The notes under the pieces are model-generated. The model was not told the origin of the DNA. It searched no databases and was given only the letters and a program-made list of their open reading frames with translations. A DNA stretch of 64,000 nucleotides from Escherichia coli (lineage in GTDB: Bacteria; Pseudomonadota; Gammaproteobacteria; Enterobacterales; Enterobacteriaceae), in the NCBI RefSeq assembly GCF_030013205.1, contig NZ_CP122648.1; one strand, given 5' to 3'. This document shows, one piece after another, positions 23,464 to 35,664 of the stretch (the stretch's first letter is position 1; every line of letters starts with the position of its first letter). The position numbers and the translations under genes were made by a program.

Positions 23464-24786
23464 TTACAACGACTGATGTCGCGTCTCATGGGTCAGCAGC
23501 AGGGCGATTAACGTCAAGCCAGCCATCGCCGCCAGATATAACCCCACCGCACCTAACCCGTAGTTAGTCTGCAACCAGGCTGCGATATACGGCGCAACGG
23601 AAGCCCCGAGAATCGACGCTACGTTGTAAGAGAACGATGCTCCGGTGTAACGCACTTCTGTCGGGAACAGCTCTGGTAACAGCGCGCCCATCGGCCCGAA
23701 GGTCAGTCCCATCAGACTTAACCCCAGCAGCAGGAAGGCAAAAACCAGAATCGGGTTGCCAGAACCGAGTAGCGGGTTAAAGGCGAACAGCGCGAACAGG
23801 ATGATCAGCGTGGTGATGATTACCATGCTTTTACGGCGACCAAAGGCATCAGCCAGTAATCCGGCGACTGGTACCATCACGCCAAAACCAATCACTGCCA
23901 TCATCAGCATCCACAACACTTCGTTACGCGGCAGGCCAAGCCCAACTGGCGCGGCGGCGGTACTAAAGGTCATAGAGTAGACCGTCATGATGTAAAACAG
24001 CGTATAGGTTGCCAGCATGATGAAGGTACCGAGCACCGTGACGCGTACGTGTTTGGTCAGCAGCGTACCCAGCGGGATCTTCACCTGCTTTTTCGCTTTA
24101 GCGACTTTCTCAAACACCGGCGACTCATGCAGCGACACGCGAACATACAGGCCGATAATGACCAGCACCGCCGAGAAGATAAACGGCACACGCCAGCCCC
24201 AGCTCATAAACTGCTCGTCGGTCAGTAGCCAGGAAAGCAGCAAGAAAGTGCCGTTGGCAAAGAAGAAGCCAATCGGTGCGCCCAGCTGCGGGAAGGAGCC
24301 ATACAGTGCACGTTTGCGCGGTGGGGCGTTTTCAGTCGCCAGCAGCGCCGCGCCGCCCCATTCACCGCCTAAGCCCAGACCCTGACCAAATCGAGCCAGC
24401 GCCAGCAGCAGCGGGGCGAAAATACCAATCGTGGCATAGCCCGGCAGCAGACCAATCACCACGGTCGAAATCCCCATCGTTAGCAACGAGGCGACCAGCG
24501 TCGCTTTACGCCCAACGCGATCGCCAAAATGACCAAAAACGGCAGAGCCAATGGGGCGCGCGACGAAGGCGATGGCGAAGGTGGCGAGCGACTGGAGCGT
24601 TGCTGCCGTAGGATCGCCCTGCGGGAAGAAGATATGCGGAAACACAATAACGGCCGCAGTGGCGTAAATGTAAAAGTCGAAAAACTCAATGGCCGTGCCA
24701 ATGAGAGAGGCGACAAGGACTTTATTACGCGAGTTGATCGGCGTGTATTCTTGCTCGTGGTCGAGTGTTGTGGCTGTTGCTTGCAT
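23464..24786 (-). CDS. yhjE: MFS metabolite:H+ symporter family transporter
   Basis: 440 aa, 12 predicted TM helices; conserved position. Confidence 0.88.
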   Translation of the reverse strand: MQATATTLDHEQEYTPINSRNKVLVASLIGTAIEFFDFYIYATAAVIVFPHIFFPQGDPTAATLQSLATFAIAFVARPIGSAVFGHFGDRVGRKATLVASLLTMGISTVVIGLLPGYATIGIFAPLLLALARFGQGLGLGGEWGGAALLATENAPPRKRALYGSFPQLGAPIGFFFANGTFLLLSWLLTDEQFMSWGWRVPFIFSAVLVIIGLYVRVSLHESPVFEKVAKAKKQVKIPLGTLLTKHVRVTVLGTFIMLATYTLFYIMTVYSMTFSTAAAPVGLGLPRNEVLWMLMMAVIGFGVMVPVAGLLADAFGRRKSMVIITTLIILFALFAFNPLLGSGNPILVFAFLLLGLSLMGLTFGPMGALLPELFPTEVRYTGASFSYNVASILGASVAPYIAAWLQTNYGLGAVGLYLAAMAGLTLIALLLTHETRHQSL

Positions 24787-25101
24787 AATCTTTTCTTATT
24801 TTTTGGCTAACGAATAGCCATATTACGCACAGCAAAAGTGATATTTCAATGTGTAACAAATCGCGGAAATGGTCAAAAACCAGGCAAAAAGGGGATAATG
24901 TTTAGGCCAGTGATTTTTCTTCTATGAAATGCTTCACATAATTTTATAAATAGTGGATAAAACTGGTTTCAGGTTAAATAAAAGTTACCAACTGGATTTA
25001 TATGCTGGGGTTATGAGTTGGCATGAAATTGTTTGCTCCTGAAGAGATGTAGTTTCAGGTGGTTATGTGCATGTCATTGCCTGGCCTCTGGCTGGCTTGT
25101 T

Positions 25102-25140
25102 CCCCCTCACCCTAACCCTCTTCCCGAAGGGGCGAGGGGA
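25102..25140. repeat. second copy of the GC-rich palindromic intergenic repeat
   Basis: CCCCCTCACCCTAACCCTCTTCCCGAAGGGGCGAGGGGA; nearly identical to 23336-23374. Confidence 0.6.
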
Positions 25141-25177
25141 TCGACCGTGCGTTTATCAGGCATTATAAACCAATGAA

Positions 25178-26191
25178 TTACCGCTGCGTTTTCCCCGGCA
25201 TTCGCGGGTCGTCTTTATATTCGGCGGTGGCAATCCACGCCGCGCAAAACAGCGTCAAACGGGCGAAGAAGTAGAAAAACGCCATCAGCCCCAGCACGGA
25301 ACCAAATGCTGCGCCAGAGGGGGATTTCATCAGCGATGGCAGGGTGTAGGTCATCACGATTTTAATCACTTCAAAACCAATCGCAGCCAGAAATGTTCCA
25401 CGAATCAGGGCTTTTTTGCGCGGACGGTGGCGCGGCAACCGCCAGAAGATCCAGAAGAAAAGCAGATAGTTGGCGAAGATGGAAATCGCCAGGCCAATCA
25501 ACCGCCAAGTCGGTTTCAGCCACTCAATGCTGTTCAGGTGCAGGGCGCTAATAATCATTTGCTGCGCCGAACCGGCAACCGAGGTGATCGAAAGCGTCAC
25601 AATCAGCGCAATCAACAAACCAATCAGCGAAATAAAATCACGCAGATATTTTACCCAGAACTTCTCCTGATCTTGCGGCGAGCGTTCCCAGACATCGCGC
25701 GACTGGGCGCGAATCGCTTCACGCAGGTTACCCATCCAGTTGATGCCGGAATAAAGCGCCACCGCCAGGCCGACAAGCCCTACAGTCGTACGCTGCTGAA
25801 CGGCGGTGTTGATGGTGTTTTTCAACGTGGCGGCTAGCGTCGGATCGCTGATGTTTTGCAGAATTTTGTCGAAGATATCCTGTAGCAACATCGGATGGGA
25901 GGCCAGCACAAAGCCCCCTGCGGCAAACGACACCATCAAAATCGGGATCATCGACAAAAATGAGAAATAGGTGATAGCCGCACCAAACTGGTTACCCAGC
26001 CGATCGTTAAAGCGCTCTGTTGCGCGAATCAGGTGCGCAATAACCGGTTGGCGTTGGACTTTTTCGGCAGTGGTGGTGACGGTTTCCAGCGCCTGGCTAA
26101 CTTTGCCGCCTTTCTCGCTATTATCCAACTGCTTAATCGGCTCGTGCTCCAGATCCTGGGTGGGACGTTTGATCTCGTTTTCCTGCGTCAT
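25178..26191 (-). CDS. yhjD: inner membrane protein of the YihY/virulence-factor BrkB family
   Basis: 337-aa polytopic ORF in conserved position. Confidence 0.85.
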   Translation of the reverse strand: MTQENEIKRPTQDLEHEPIKQLDNSEKGGKVSQALETVTTTAEKVQRQPVIAHLIRATERFNDRLGNQFGAAITYFSFLSMIPILMVSFAAGGFVLASHPMLLQDIFDKILQNISDPTLAATLKNTINTAVQQRTTVGLVGLAVALYSGINWMGNLREAIRAQSRDVWERSPQDQEKFWVKYLRDFISLIGLLIALIVTLSITSVAGSAQQMIISALHLNSIEWLKPTWRLIGLAISIFANYLLFFWIFWRLPRHRPRKKALIRGTFLAAIGFEVIKIVMTYTLPSLMKSPSGAAFGSVLGLMAFFYFFARLTLFCAAWIATAEYKDDPRMPGKTQR

Positions 26192-26239
26192 CCGCTCTTT
26201 TGTCCTTCTGTCGTGGTCATTCTTAAAAAGTATAGTCGG

Positions 26240-27139
26240 TCAGTCCAGGTGCTCTTTCATTACGCCAGCCAGCCACTGCATAAACAGGTTTACACGCCGG
26301 GAAAGCTCCCGACGCTGCGGATAAACCAGCGAAAGGGAGAGCGGCTCGGCACGGTAGCCAGGTAATACTTCAATAAGCCTCCCGGCACGCAGGGCTTCGC
26401 GCACGGCAATGCGCGGGATCTGAATAATCCCCAGACCGGCAAGACCGGCGGCGAGATAGTTTTCGCGACTGTTTACCGTCAACATGCCGCCAGACTTAAA
26501 CCACTGGACGCCATTAACGCTGGCAACCTCAAAACCTAACGGATGTACACCCAGGTGCGGTGTGTAGCGCACTATTGCGTGCGAAGTCAGATCGTCGGGG
26601 CTTTGAGGATAACCAAAGCGCGTCAGATAGTGCGGACTGGCACAGTTGACCATGGTCAGTTTGCCGAGGGGACGGGCGATAACGCCATTTTCCGGTAACG
26701 CGCCAGTGCGTATCACGCAATCAAAACCATCGTGAAGAATATCTACCGGACGGTCATGGCTACTCAGCTCCAGCTCAATTCCCGGATGCAGATAGATAAA
26801 TTCCGACAGGCGCGGCAGTAACAGGCTTTTCGCGATTCCTGGCGGGATGTCGATGCGTAATTTACCGCTGATACTGGTGGCATCCTGTTGAAACAGACCG
26901 TCCAGTTCGCTGAGATTACTCAACACATCTTTTGCCCGTTGATAATAGGTCATGCCTTCTGGCGTGAGTTTGACCCGTCGCGTAGTGCGCTGGAGAAGCT
27001 GGGTGCCAAGTTGATGTTCCAGTGCCTGTATCTGGCGCGAAACACTTCCCTTTGGCAAAGCAAAGAAATCCGCCGCGCGGGAAAAACTTTCCAGCTCCGC
27101 GACTTTGATGAACAACTGCATTGCGTGAATTTTATCCAT
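26240..27139 (-). CDS. yhjC: LysR-family transcriptional regulator
   Basis: ORF 26240..27211 trimmed to the ATG at 27139 (MDKIHAMQLFIKVAELESFSRAADFF, 299 aa) with N-terminal HTH. Confidence 0.85.
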   Translation of the reverse strand: MDKIHAMQLFIKVAELESFSRAADFFALPKGSVSRQIQALEHQLGTQLLQRTTRRVKLTPEGMTYYQRAKDVLSNLSELDGLFQQDATSISGKLRIDIPPGIAKSLLLPRLSEFIYLHPGIELELSSHDRPVDILHDGFDCVIRTGALPENGVIARPLGKLTMVNCASPHYLTRFGYPQSPDDLTSHAIVRYTPHLGVHPLGFEVASVNGVQWFKSGGMLTVNSRENYLAAGLAGLGIIQIPRIAVREALRAGRLIEVLPGYRAEPLSLSLVYPQRRELSRRVNLFMQWLAGVMKEHLD

Positions 27140-27659
27140 TTCTTTGACCGATTGTTGTTCACAGCGAAACAGTAACGCGCATATCGCATTGTTTATTGTT
27201 TTTTCTAACATCTAATGCCGGGTTTCACAATGTTGTCATGACGAATGTGGCGATTTCTCAGCAGGAAAAGGGCGGAATAGCTTTATGAGAAAGGTGAATT
27301 TCCCTAAACAGAGCGTTTTTTTTCAGCGATTCCCTTTAAAGTGAACAGAGGACGTGTTGGCTATTTGTGCTTATTTTTGTCTCATTGCCATTTGTTATTT
27401 TTGCTTGTGGTCGCGGAGTTTCATTTTTAATTGCATGCGTACTAACCATCAATATAAGGAAATCCTCAAAATTGTTTTAAATAGTGCCCTCGACATGTAA
27501 TTTTAGGCGTTTAGCTGTAACGATTTATATCGGCAACTATTTTCTACGCGTCATCTCTGTAGAATGGCCACCGCCAAATGGCGAATTCTTATTTTTTCTC
27601 GCGGGTAATACCCTTCCACTACTTAAGTCTTTTTAACGTATTCAGGTGGAGATTCAGTT

Positions 27660-28262
27660 ATGCAAATAGTCATGTTTGACAGGCAGTCAATATTTATTCA
27701 TGGAATGAAAATCAGTTTACAGCAGCGTATTCCAGGAGTGAGTATTCAGGGGGCCGGTCAGGCAGACGAGTTATGGCAGAAGCTGGAAAGTTACCCTGAA
27801 GCCTTAGTGATGCTCGATGGCGATCAGGATGGTGAGTTTTGTTACTGGTTGCTGCAAAAAACCGTGGTGCAATTTCCTGAGGTTAAGGTGTTAATTACGG
27901 CGACGGATTGCAATAAACGGTGGTTACAGGAAGTTATCCATTTTAATGTGCTGGCCATTGTGCCTCGTGGTTCAACCGTTGAGACATTTGCGTTGGCGGT
28001 AAATAGTGCGGCGATGGGGATGATGTTTCTGCCTGGAGACTGGCGAACGACGCCGGAAAAGGACATTAAAGATCTTAGATCGTTAAGCGCCCGCCAGCGG
28101 GAGATTTTAACCATGTTAGCGGCGGGCGAATCAAATAAAGAGATCGGCAGGGCGCTGAATATCAGTACCGGAACGGTAAAAGCGCATCTGGAATCACTGT
28201 ATCGCCGTCTGGAAGTGAAAAATCGCACCCAGGCGGCAATGATGTTAAATATCTCCTCCTGA
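27660..28262 (+). CDS. yhjB: LuxR/FixJ-family response-regulator-like transcription factor
   Basis: 200 aa; C-terminal LuxR HTH (ARQREILTMLAAGESNKEIGRALNIS). Confidence 0.88.
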   Translation: MQIVMFDRQSIFIHGMKISLQQRIPGVSIQGAGQADELWQKLESYPEALVMLDGDQDGEFCYWLLQKTVVQFPEVKVLITATDCNKRWLQEVIHFNVLAIVPRGSTVETFALAVNSAAMGMMFLPGDWRTTPEKDIKDLRSLSARQREILTMLAAGESNKEIGRALNISTGTVKAHLESLYRRLEVKNRTQAAMMLNISS

Positions 28263-28270
28263 AGAGGATA

Positions 28271-28311
28271 ATTTTACAGCCAGCAGGAAGTTAGCGGCTG
28301 GCTGTAAAAAT
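28271..28311. terminator. bidirectional hairpin between convergent yhjB and treF
   Basis: TTACAGCCAGC ... GCTGGCTGTAA inverted repeat flanked by T-run and A-run. Confidence 0.55.
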
Positions 28312-28312
28312 A

Positions 28313-29992
<1,680 letters not shown>

Positions 29993-30245
29993 TTATAGGG
30001 CTTTTCTTTAAGGGTAGTCATTCGCTCCGCCTGGTGGGCGACAAACCGTGCGGTGGATCACGTTTATTAACTTGTCAAAAAATATAACGCACTAATATCA
30101 ATGGAATTTATAAAAATACGGATTTCGTGTTGTTTTTCATTTTCAGAACATTCAATCCTGCTCTCGCCGCAATCATGATATGCCATTCCTGATCTGGGTA
30201 ATAGGCACAGGCTATCTTATTGATAGTTTATATTCATGTAATTGA

Positions 30246-30259
30246 TTGATTCCTATCAA
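30246..30259 (+). promoter_or_regulatory. FNR box (TTGAT-N4-ATCAA) upstream of ccp
   Basis: Perfect TTGATTCCTATCAA about 108 bp upstream of the ccp ATG; ccp is remembered as anaerobically (FNR/OxyR) activated. Confidence 0.55.
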
Positions 30260-30366
30260 AAAGCGTATTTCCCTGTTTTTTATGATGGCTTTGTCTCGCA
30301 GAGACGTTTGCAGCATTCTGGAAAATTTTCTGGGTCACAATAACTCACCACCGTGAGGGAAGAATA

Positions 30367-31764
30367 ATGAAAATGGTCTCACGTATTACCGCGATCGGCC
30401 TGGCTGGCGTCGCGATTTGCTATTTAGGGTTATCTGGTTATGTGTGGTACCACGATAATAAACGCAGTAAACAGGCTGATGTTCAGGCATCTGCTGTCAG
30501 TGAAAATAATAAGGTTTTAGGCTTTCTCCGCGAAAAAGGATGCGACTATTGCCACACGCCTTCGGCAGAATTACCCGCCTATTATTATATTCCTGGCGCG
30601 AAACAGTTGATGGATTACGACATTAAGCTTGGATATAAATCTTTTAACCTCGAGGCCGTGCGTGCGGCTCTGCTGGCTGATAAACCCGTTTCGCAAAGCG
30701 ATCTGAATAAGATTGAATGGGTGATGCAGTATGAAACCATGCCACCAACGCGTTATACCGCGCTACACTGGGCGGGTAAGGTGAGTGATGAAGAGCGGGC
30801 GGAAATACTCGCCTGGATTGCAAAACAGCGCGCGGAATATTACGCCAGCAATGACACTGCACCGGATCATCGTAATGAACCGGTGCAGCCCATCCCGCAA
30901 AAACTGCCTACCGATGCGCAAAAAGTGGCGTTGGGCTTTGCGCTGTATCACGATCCCCGTTTATCGGCGGATAGCACCATTTCATGCGCTCATTGCCATG
31001 CGTTGAATGCGGGGGGCGTCGATGGCAGAAAAACATCGATTGGTGTTGGTGGCGCAGTGGGGCCGATTAACGCGCCGACGGTATTTAACTCAGTATTTAA
31101 CGTTGAGCAGTTCTGGGATGGTCGTGCGGCAACATTGCAGGATCAGGCTGGTGGACCGCCGTTGAATCCGATTGAAATGGCGTCGAAATCCTGGGACGAA
31201 ATTATTTCTAAGCTGGAAAAAGATCCGCAGCTTAAAGCGCAGTTCCTCGAAGTCTATCCGCAAGGTTTCAGTGGCGAAAATATTACTGATGCCATTGCTG
31301 AATTTGAGAAAACATTAATTACGCCGGATTCCCCATTTGATAAATGGTTGCGTGGAGATGAGAATGCGCTGACGGCACAACAGAAAAAAGGCTATCAATT
31401 ATTTAAAGATAATAAATGTGCAACTTGTCATGGTGGTATTATTCTCGGCGGACGTTCCTTCGAACCGTTGGGGCTGAAAAAAGACTTTAACTTTGGTGAA
31501 ATTACGGCGGCGGATATTGGTCGTATGAATGTTACTAAAGAAGAGCGCGATAAATTGCGTCAGAAAGTACCCGGTTTACGTAACGTTGCACTAACGGCAC
31601 CGTACTTCCATCGCGGTGATGTGCCGACGCTGGACGGGGCGGTGAAACTGATGTTGCGCTATCAGGTAGGCAAAGAGCTGCCGCAGGAGGATGTGGATGA
31701 TATCGTAGCTTTCCTGCACAGTCTGAACGGGGTTTACACGCCGTATATGCAGGATAAACAATAA
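30367..31764 (+). CDS. ccp: di-haem cytochrome c peroxidase
   Basis: 465 aa; several CxxCH haem-binding motifs (CDYCH, CAHCH, CATCH). Confidence 0.92.
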   Translation: MKMVSRITAIGLAGVAICYLGLSGYVWYHDNKRSKQADVQASAVSENNKVLGFLREKGCDYCHTPSAELPAYYYIPGAKQLMDYDIKLGYKSFNLEAVRAALLADKPVSQSDLNKIEWVMQYETMPPTRYTALHWAGKVSDEERAEILAWIAKQRAEYYASNDTAPDHRNEPVQPIPQKLPTDAQKVALGFALYHDPRLSADSTISCAHCHALNAGGVDGRKTSIGVGGAVGPINAPTVFNSVFNVEQFWDGRAATLQDQAGGPPLNPIEMASKSWDEIISKLEKDPQLKAQFLEVYPQGFSGENITDAIAEFEKTLITPDSPFDKWLRGDENALTAQQKKGYQLFKDNKCATCHGGIILGGRSFEPLGLKKDFNFGEITAADIGRMNVTKEERDKLRQKVPGLRNVALTAPYFHRGDVPTLDGAVKLMLRYQVGKELPQEDVDDIVAFLHSLNGVYTPYMQDKQ

Positions 31765-31773
31765 TTAATTTAA

Positions 31774-31805
31774 TCGCCCGAACAGGAATGTTTGGGCGAT
31801 TTTCA
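31774..31805 (+). terminator. rho-independent terminator after ccp
   Basis: TCGCCCGAACA / loop / TGTTTGGGCGA followed by TTTTC. Confidence 0.7.
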
Positions 31806-31875
31806 TTACGATAATAAAGTCTGTTTTTAATATTATCATGTTAAATGTTTATATTATAAAAAGTCGTTTTTCTGC

Positions 31876-31895
31876 TTAGGATTTTGTTATTTAAA
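31876..31895 (+). promoter_or_regulatory. GAD box (GadE binding site) upstream of gadA
   Basis: TTAGGATTTTGTTATTTAAA, matching the 20-bp GAD-box consensus, about 80 bp upstream of the gadA ATG. Confidence 0.7.
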
Positions 31896-31974
31896 TTAAG
31901 CCTGTAATGCCTTGCTTCCATTGCGGATAAATCCTACTTTTTTATTGCCTTCAAATAAATTTAAGGAGTTCGAA

Positions 31975-33375
31975 ATGGACCAGAAGCTGTTAACGGATTT
32001 CCGCTCAGAACTACTCGATTCACGTTTTGGCGCAAAGGCCATTTCTACTATCGCGGAGTCAAAACGATTTCCGCTGCACGAAATGCGCGATGATGTCGCA
32101 TTCCAGATTATCAATGATGAATTATATCTTGATGGCAACGCTCGTCAGAACCTGGCCACTTTCTGCCAGACCTGGGACGACGAAAACGTCCATAAATTGA
32201 TGGATTTGTCGATCAATAAAAACTGGATCGACAAAGAAGAATATCCGCAATCTGCAGCCATCGACCTGCGTTGCGTAAACATGGTTGCCGATCTGTGGCA
32301 TGCGCCTGCGCCGAAAAATGGTCAGGCCGTTGGCACCAACACCATTGGTTCTTCCGAGGCCTGTATGCTCGGCGGGATGGCGATGAAATGGCGTTGGCGC
32401 AAGCGTATGGAAGCCGCAGGTAAGCCGACCAACAAACCAAACCTGGTGTGCGGTCCGGTACAAATCTGCTGGCATAAATTCGCCCGCTACTGGGATGTGG
32501 AGCTGCGTGAGATCCCTATGCGCCCCGGTCAGTTGTTTATGGACCCGAAACGCATGATTGAAGCCTGCGACGAAAATACCATCGGCGTGGTGCCGACTTT
32601 CGGCGTGACCTACACCGGTAACTATGAGTTCCCGCAACCGCTGCACGATGCGCTGGATAAACTCCAGGCCGACACCGGTATCGACATCGACATGCACATC
32701 GACGCTGCCAGCGGTGGCTTCCTGGCACCGTTCGTTGCCCCGGATATCGTCTGGGACTTCCGCCTGCCGCGTGTGAAATCGATCAGTGCTTCAGGCCATA
32801 AATTCGGTCTGGCTCCGCTGGGCTGCGGCTGGGTTATCTGGCGTGATGAAGAAGCGCTGCCGCAGGAACTGGTGTTCAACGTTGACTACCTCGGTGGTCA
32901 GATTGGGACTTTCGCCATCAACTTCTCCCGCCCGGCGGGTCAGGTAATTGCACAGTACTATGAATTCCTGCGCCTTGGTCGTGAAGGCTATACCAAAGTA
33001 CAGAACGCTTCCTACCAGGTTGCCGCTTATCTGGCGGATGAAATCGCCAAACTGGGGCCGTATGAGTTCATCTGTACCGGTCGCCCGGACGAAGGCATCC
33101 CGGCGGTTTGCTTCAAACTGAAAGATGGTGAAGATCCGGGATACACCCTCTACGACCTCTCTGAACGTCTGCGTCTGCGCGGCTGGCAGGTTCCGGCCTT
33201 CACTCTCGGCGGTGAAGCCACCGACATCGTGGTGATGCGCATTATGTGTCGTCGCGGCTTCGAAATGGACTTTGCTGAACTGTTGCTGGAAGACTACAAA
33301 GCCTCCCTGAAATATCTCAGCGACCACCCGAAACTGCAGGGTATTGCCCAGCAGAACAGCTTTAAACATACCTGA
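31975..33375 (+). CDS. gadA: glutamate decarboxylase alpha
   Basis: 466-aa product starting [16 protein letters not shown] within ORF 31912..33375; PLP-lysine region [10 protein letters not shown]. Confidence 0.93.
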   Translation: MDQKLLTDFRSELLDSRFGAKAISTIAESKRFPLHEMRDDVAFQIINDELYLDGNARQNLATFCQTWDDENVHKLMDLSINKNWIDKEEYPQSAAIDLRCVNMVADLWHAPAPKNGQAVGTNTIGSSEACMLGGMAMKWRWRKRMEAAGKPTNKPNLVCGPVQICWHKFARYWDVELREIPMRPGQLFMDPKRMIEACDENTIGVVPTFGVTYTGNYEFPQPLHDALDKLQADTGIDIDMHIDAASGGFLAPFVAPDIVWDFRLPRVKSISASGHKFGLAPLGCGWVIWRDEEALPQELVFNVDYLGGQIGTFAINFSRPAGQVIAQYYEFLRLGREGYTKVQNASYQVAAYLADEIAKLGPYEFICTGRPDEGIPAVCFKLKDGEDPGYTLYDLSERLRLRGWQVPAFTLGGEATDIVVMRIMCRRGFEMDFAELLLEDYKASLKYLSDHPKLQGIAQQNSFKHT

Positions 33376-33394
33376 TAACATAACGTTGTAAAAA

Positions 33395-33438
33395 CCGAAT
33401 GCCCAACTTTTAAAAAACAGCTGGGCATTCGGTTGCTT
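33395..33438 (+). terminator. putative terminator after gadA
   Basis: CCGAATGCCCA ... TGGGCATTCGG hairpin. Confidence 0.5.
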
Positions 33439-33742
33439 ATTAATCGCAATAATATATTGGCTGTCTATTCATCGTGTTGATAAGATATATGTTATATGAA
33501 TGTTTATTAAATGTGCGATTATATTTAATGTAACGGAAATGGATTATTTGCTTACTATTAATTTCCCTGCGTTCTTAAACACGTTTTTGTATTATAAATC
33601 CAGTCATCCTGCCCGTAGAACATCACACATTATCATCCTGTTCTCCCGCTTCGTTTAAATTTATTTATCAATCAATTTGACTTAAGAGAGCGGCGTGCTA
33701 CATTAATAAACAGTAATATGTTTATGTAATATTAAGTCAACT

Positions 33743-34567
33743 ATGCAATCATTACATGGGAATTGTCTAATTGCGTACGCAAGACATAAATATATTCTCA
33801 CCATGGTTAATGGTGAATATCGCTATTTTAATGGCGGTGATCTGGTTTTTGCGGATGCAAGCCAAATTCAAGTGGATAAGTGTGTTGAGAATTTCGTATT
33901 AGTTTCAAGAGACACGCTTTCATTATTTCTCCCGATGCTCAAGGAGGAGGCATTAAAACTTCATGCACATAAAAAAGTTCCTTCATTACTCGTTCATCAC
34001 TGTACCAGAGATATTCCTGTTTTTCAGGAGGTTGCGCAACTATCGCAGAATAAGAATCTTCGCTATGCAGAAATGCTACGTAAAAGGGCATTAATCTTTG
34101 CGTTGTTATCTGTTTTTCTTGAGGATACGCAGTTTATACCGTTACTTCTGAACGTGTTGCAACCGAATATGCGAACACGAGTTTGTACGGTCATCAATAA
34201 TAATATCGCCCATGAGTGGACATTAGCCCGAATCGCTAGCGAATTGTTGATGAGTCCAAGCCTGTTAAAGAAAAAATTGCGCGAAGAAGGTACGTCATAT
34301 TCACAGTTGCTTACTGAGTGTAGGATGCAGCGTGCTTTACAACTTATTGTTATATATGGGGTTTCAATTAAGAGAGTTGCAGTGTCCTGTGGATATCACA
34401 GCGTGTCGTATTTCATTTACGTCTTTCGAAATTATTATGGGATGACGCCCACAGAGTATCAGGAGCGATCGGCGCAGGGATTGTCGAACCGTGACTCGGC
34501 GGCAAGTATTGTTGCGCAAGGGAATTTTTACGGCACTGACTGTTCTGCGGAAGGAATAAGATTATAG
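33743..34567 (+). CDS. gadX: AraC-family acid-resistance regulator
   Basis: 274 aa; C-terminal AraC HTH; conserved position after gadA. Confidence 0.92.
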   Translation: MQSLHGNCLIAYARHKYILTMVNGEYRYFNGGDLVFADASQIQVDKCVENFVLVSRDTLSLFLPMLKEEALKLHAHKKVPSLLVHHCTRDIPVFQEVAQLSQNKNLRYAEMLRKRALIFALLSVFLEDTQFIPLLLNVLQPNMRTRVCTVINNNIAHEWTLARIASELLMSPSLLKKKLREEGTSYSQLLTECRMQRALQLIVIYGVSIKRVAVSCGYHSVSYFIYVFRNYYGMTPTEYQERSAQGLSNRDSAASIVAQGNFYGTDCSAEGIRL

Positions 34568-34583
34568 AGTTTTACTCTGACAT

Positions 34584-34689
34584 AAAAAAAACCCGGCATA
34601 GGGGACCGGGAAGAGGATAGTCTGCCGTCTCCAGACTAATAAACCGTTATAACACTCCCTGTTGGCACGGGAAACTTTGTGCTCTCAGT
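34584..34689 (-). ncRNA. gadY: GadY small RNA, antisense to the gadX 3' end
   Basis: Minus-strand sequence ACTGAGAGCACAAAGTTTCCCGTGCCAACAGGGAG...CCCGGTCCCCTATGCCGGGTTTTTTTT matches my recollection of GadY and ends in a hairpin plus U-run. Confidence 0.75.
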
Positions 34690-34935
34690 AAGTTAAATAT
34701 AACTTTTACTGGAAATAAGATCAGCCATTTTTTTATAAACATAAGCTATACGCTGTGCGAAAATATATTCGTGTTGCATTTACTTATTATCAATTAACTG
34801 TTATGCAAAACTACTTTGTGGATAAATTTTGGTCCTACCAAATCTGGCAGTTTTTGCGCTAAGAAACAGTCTGGCATCATTTCATTAGTATACTGAAATT
34901 GAAATAATCGCAGTAATGAAATATAAGGGATAGTC

Positions 34936-35664
34936 ATGACTCATGTCTGCTCGGTGATCCTCGTTCGTCGTTCATTCGATATTTATCATGAACAGCAAAA
35001 AATATCGTTGCACAACGAGAGTATCCTGTTACTGGATAAAAATTTGGCAGACGATTTTGCGTTTTGTTCACCGGATACGCGACGACTGGATATCGATGAG
35101 CTGACAGTTTGCCATTACTTACAAAATATTCGTCAGATACCACGCAATTTAGGGTTACATAGCAAAGACCGTCTGTTAATTAACCAGTCACCCCCCATGC
35201 CGCTGGTGACGGCGATTTTTGATAGTTTCAATGACTCCGGGGTAAATTCACCGATACTGAGCAAAATGCTCTATCTTTCCTGTTTATCGATGTTTTCTCA
35301 TAAGAAAGAACTGATCCCCTTACTTTTCAATAGTATCAGTACTGTTTCAGGAAAAGTTGAACGCCTTATTAGCTTTGATATCGCCAAACGTTGGTATCTG
35401 CGCGATATTGCGGAAAGAATGTATACCAGCGAGAGTCTAATCAAAAAAAAGTTGCAGGATGAAAATACCTGTTTCAGTAAAATATTACTCGCCTCCAGGA
35501 TGTCGATGGCCAGACGATTACTCGAGTTACGTCAAATTCCTCTGCATACTATTGCGGAAAAATGTGGCTATAGCAGTACATCGTACTTTATAAACACATT
35601 TCGACAATATTATGGTGTAACGCCACATCAGTTTGCGCAACATTCGCCAGGTACCTTTTCCTGA
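34936..35664 (+). CDS. gadW: AraC-family acid-resistance regulator
   Basis: 242 aa; AraC HTH C-terminus. Confidence 0.92.
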   Translation: MTHVCSVILVRRSFDIYHEQQKISLHNESILLLDKNLADDFAFCSPDTRRLDIDELTVCHYLQNIRQIPRNLGLHSKDRLLINQSPPMPLVTAIFDSFNDSGVNSPILSKMLYLSCLSMFSHKKELIPLLFNSISTVSGKVERLISFDIAKRWYLRDIAERMYTSESLIKKKLQDENTCFSKILLASRMSMARRLLELRQIPLHTIAEKCGYSSTSYFINTFRQYYGVTPHQFAQHSPGTFS

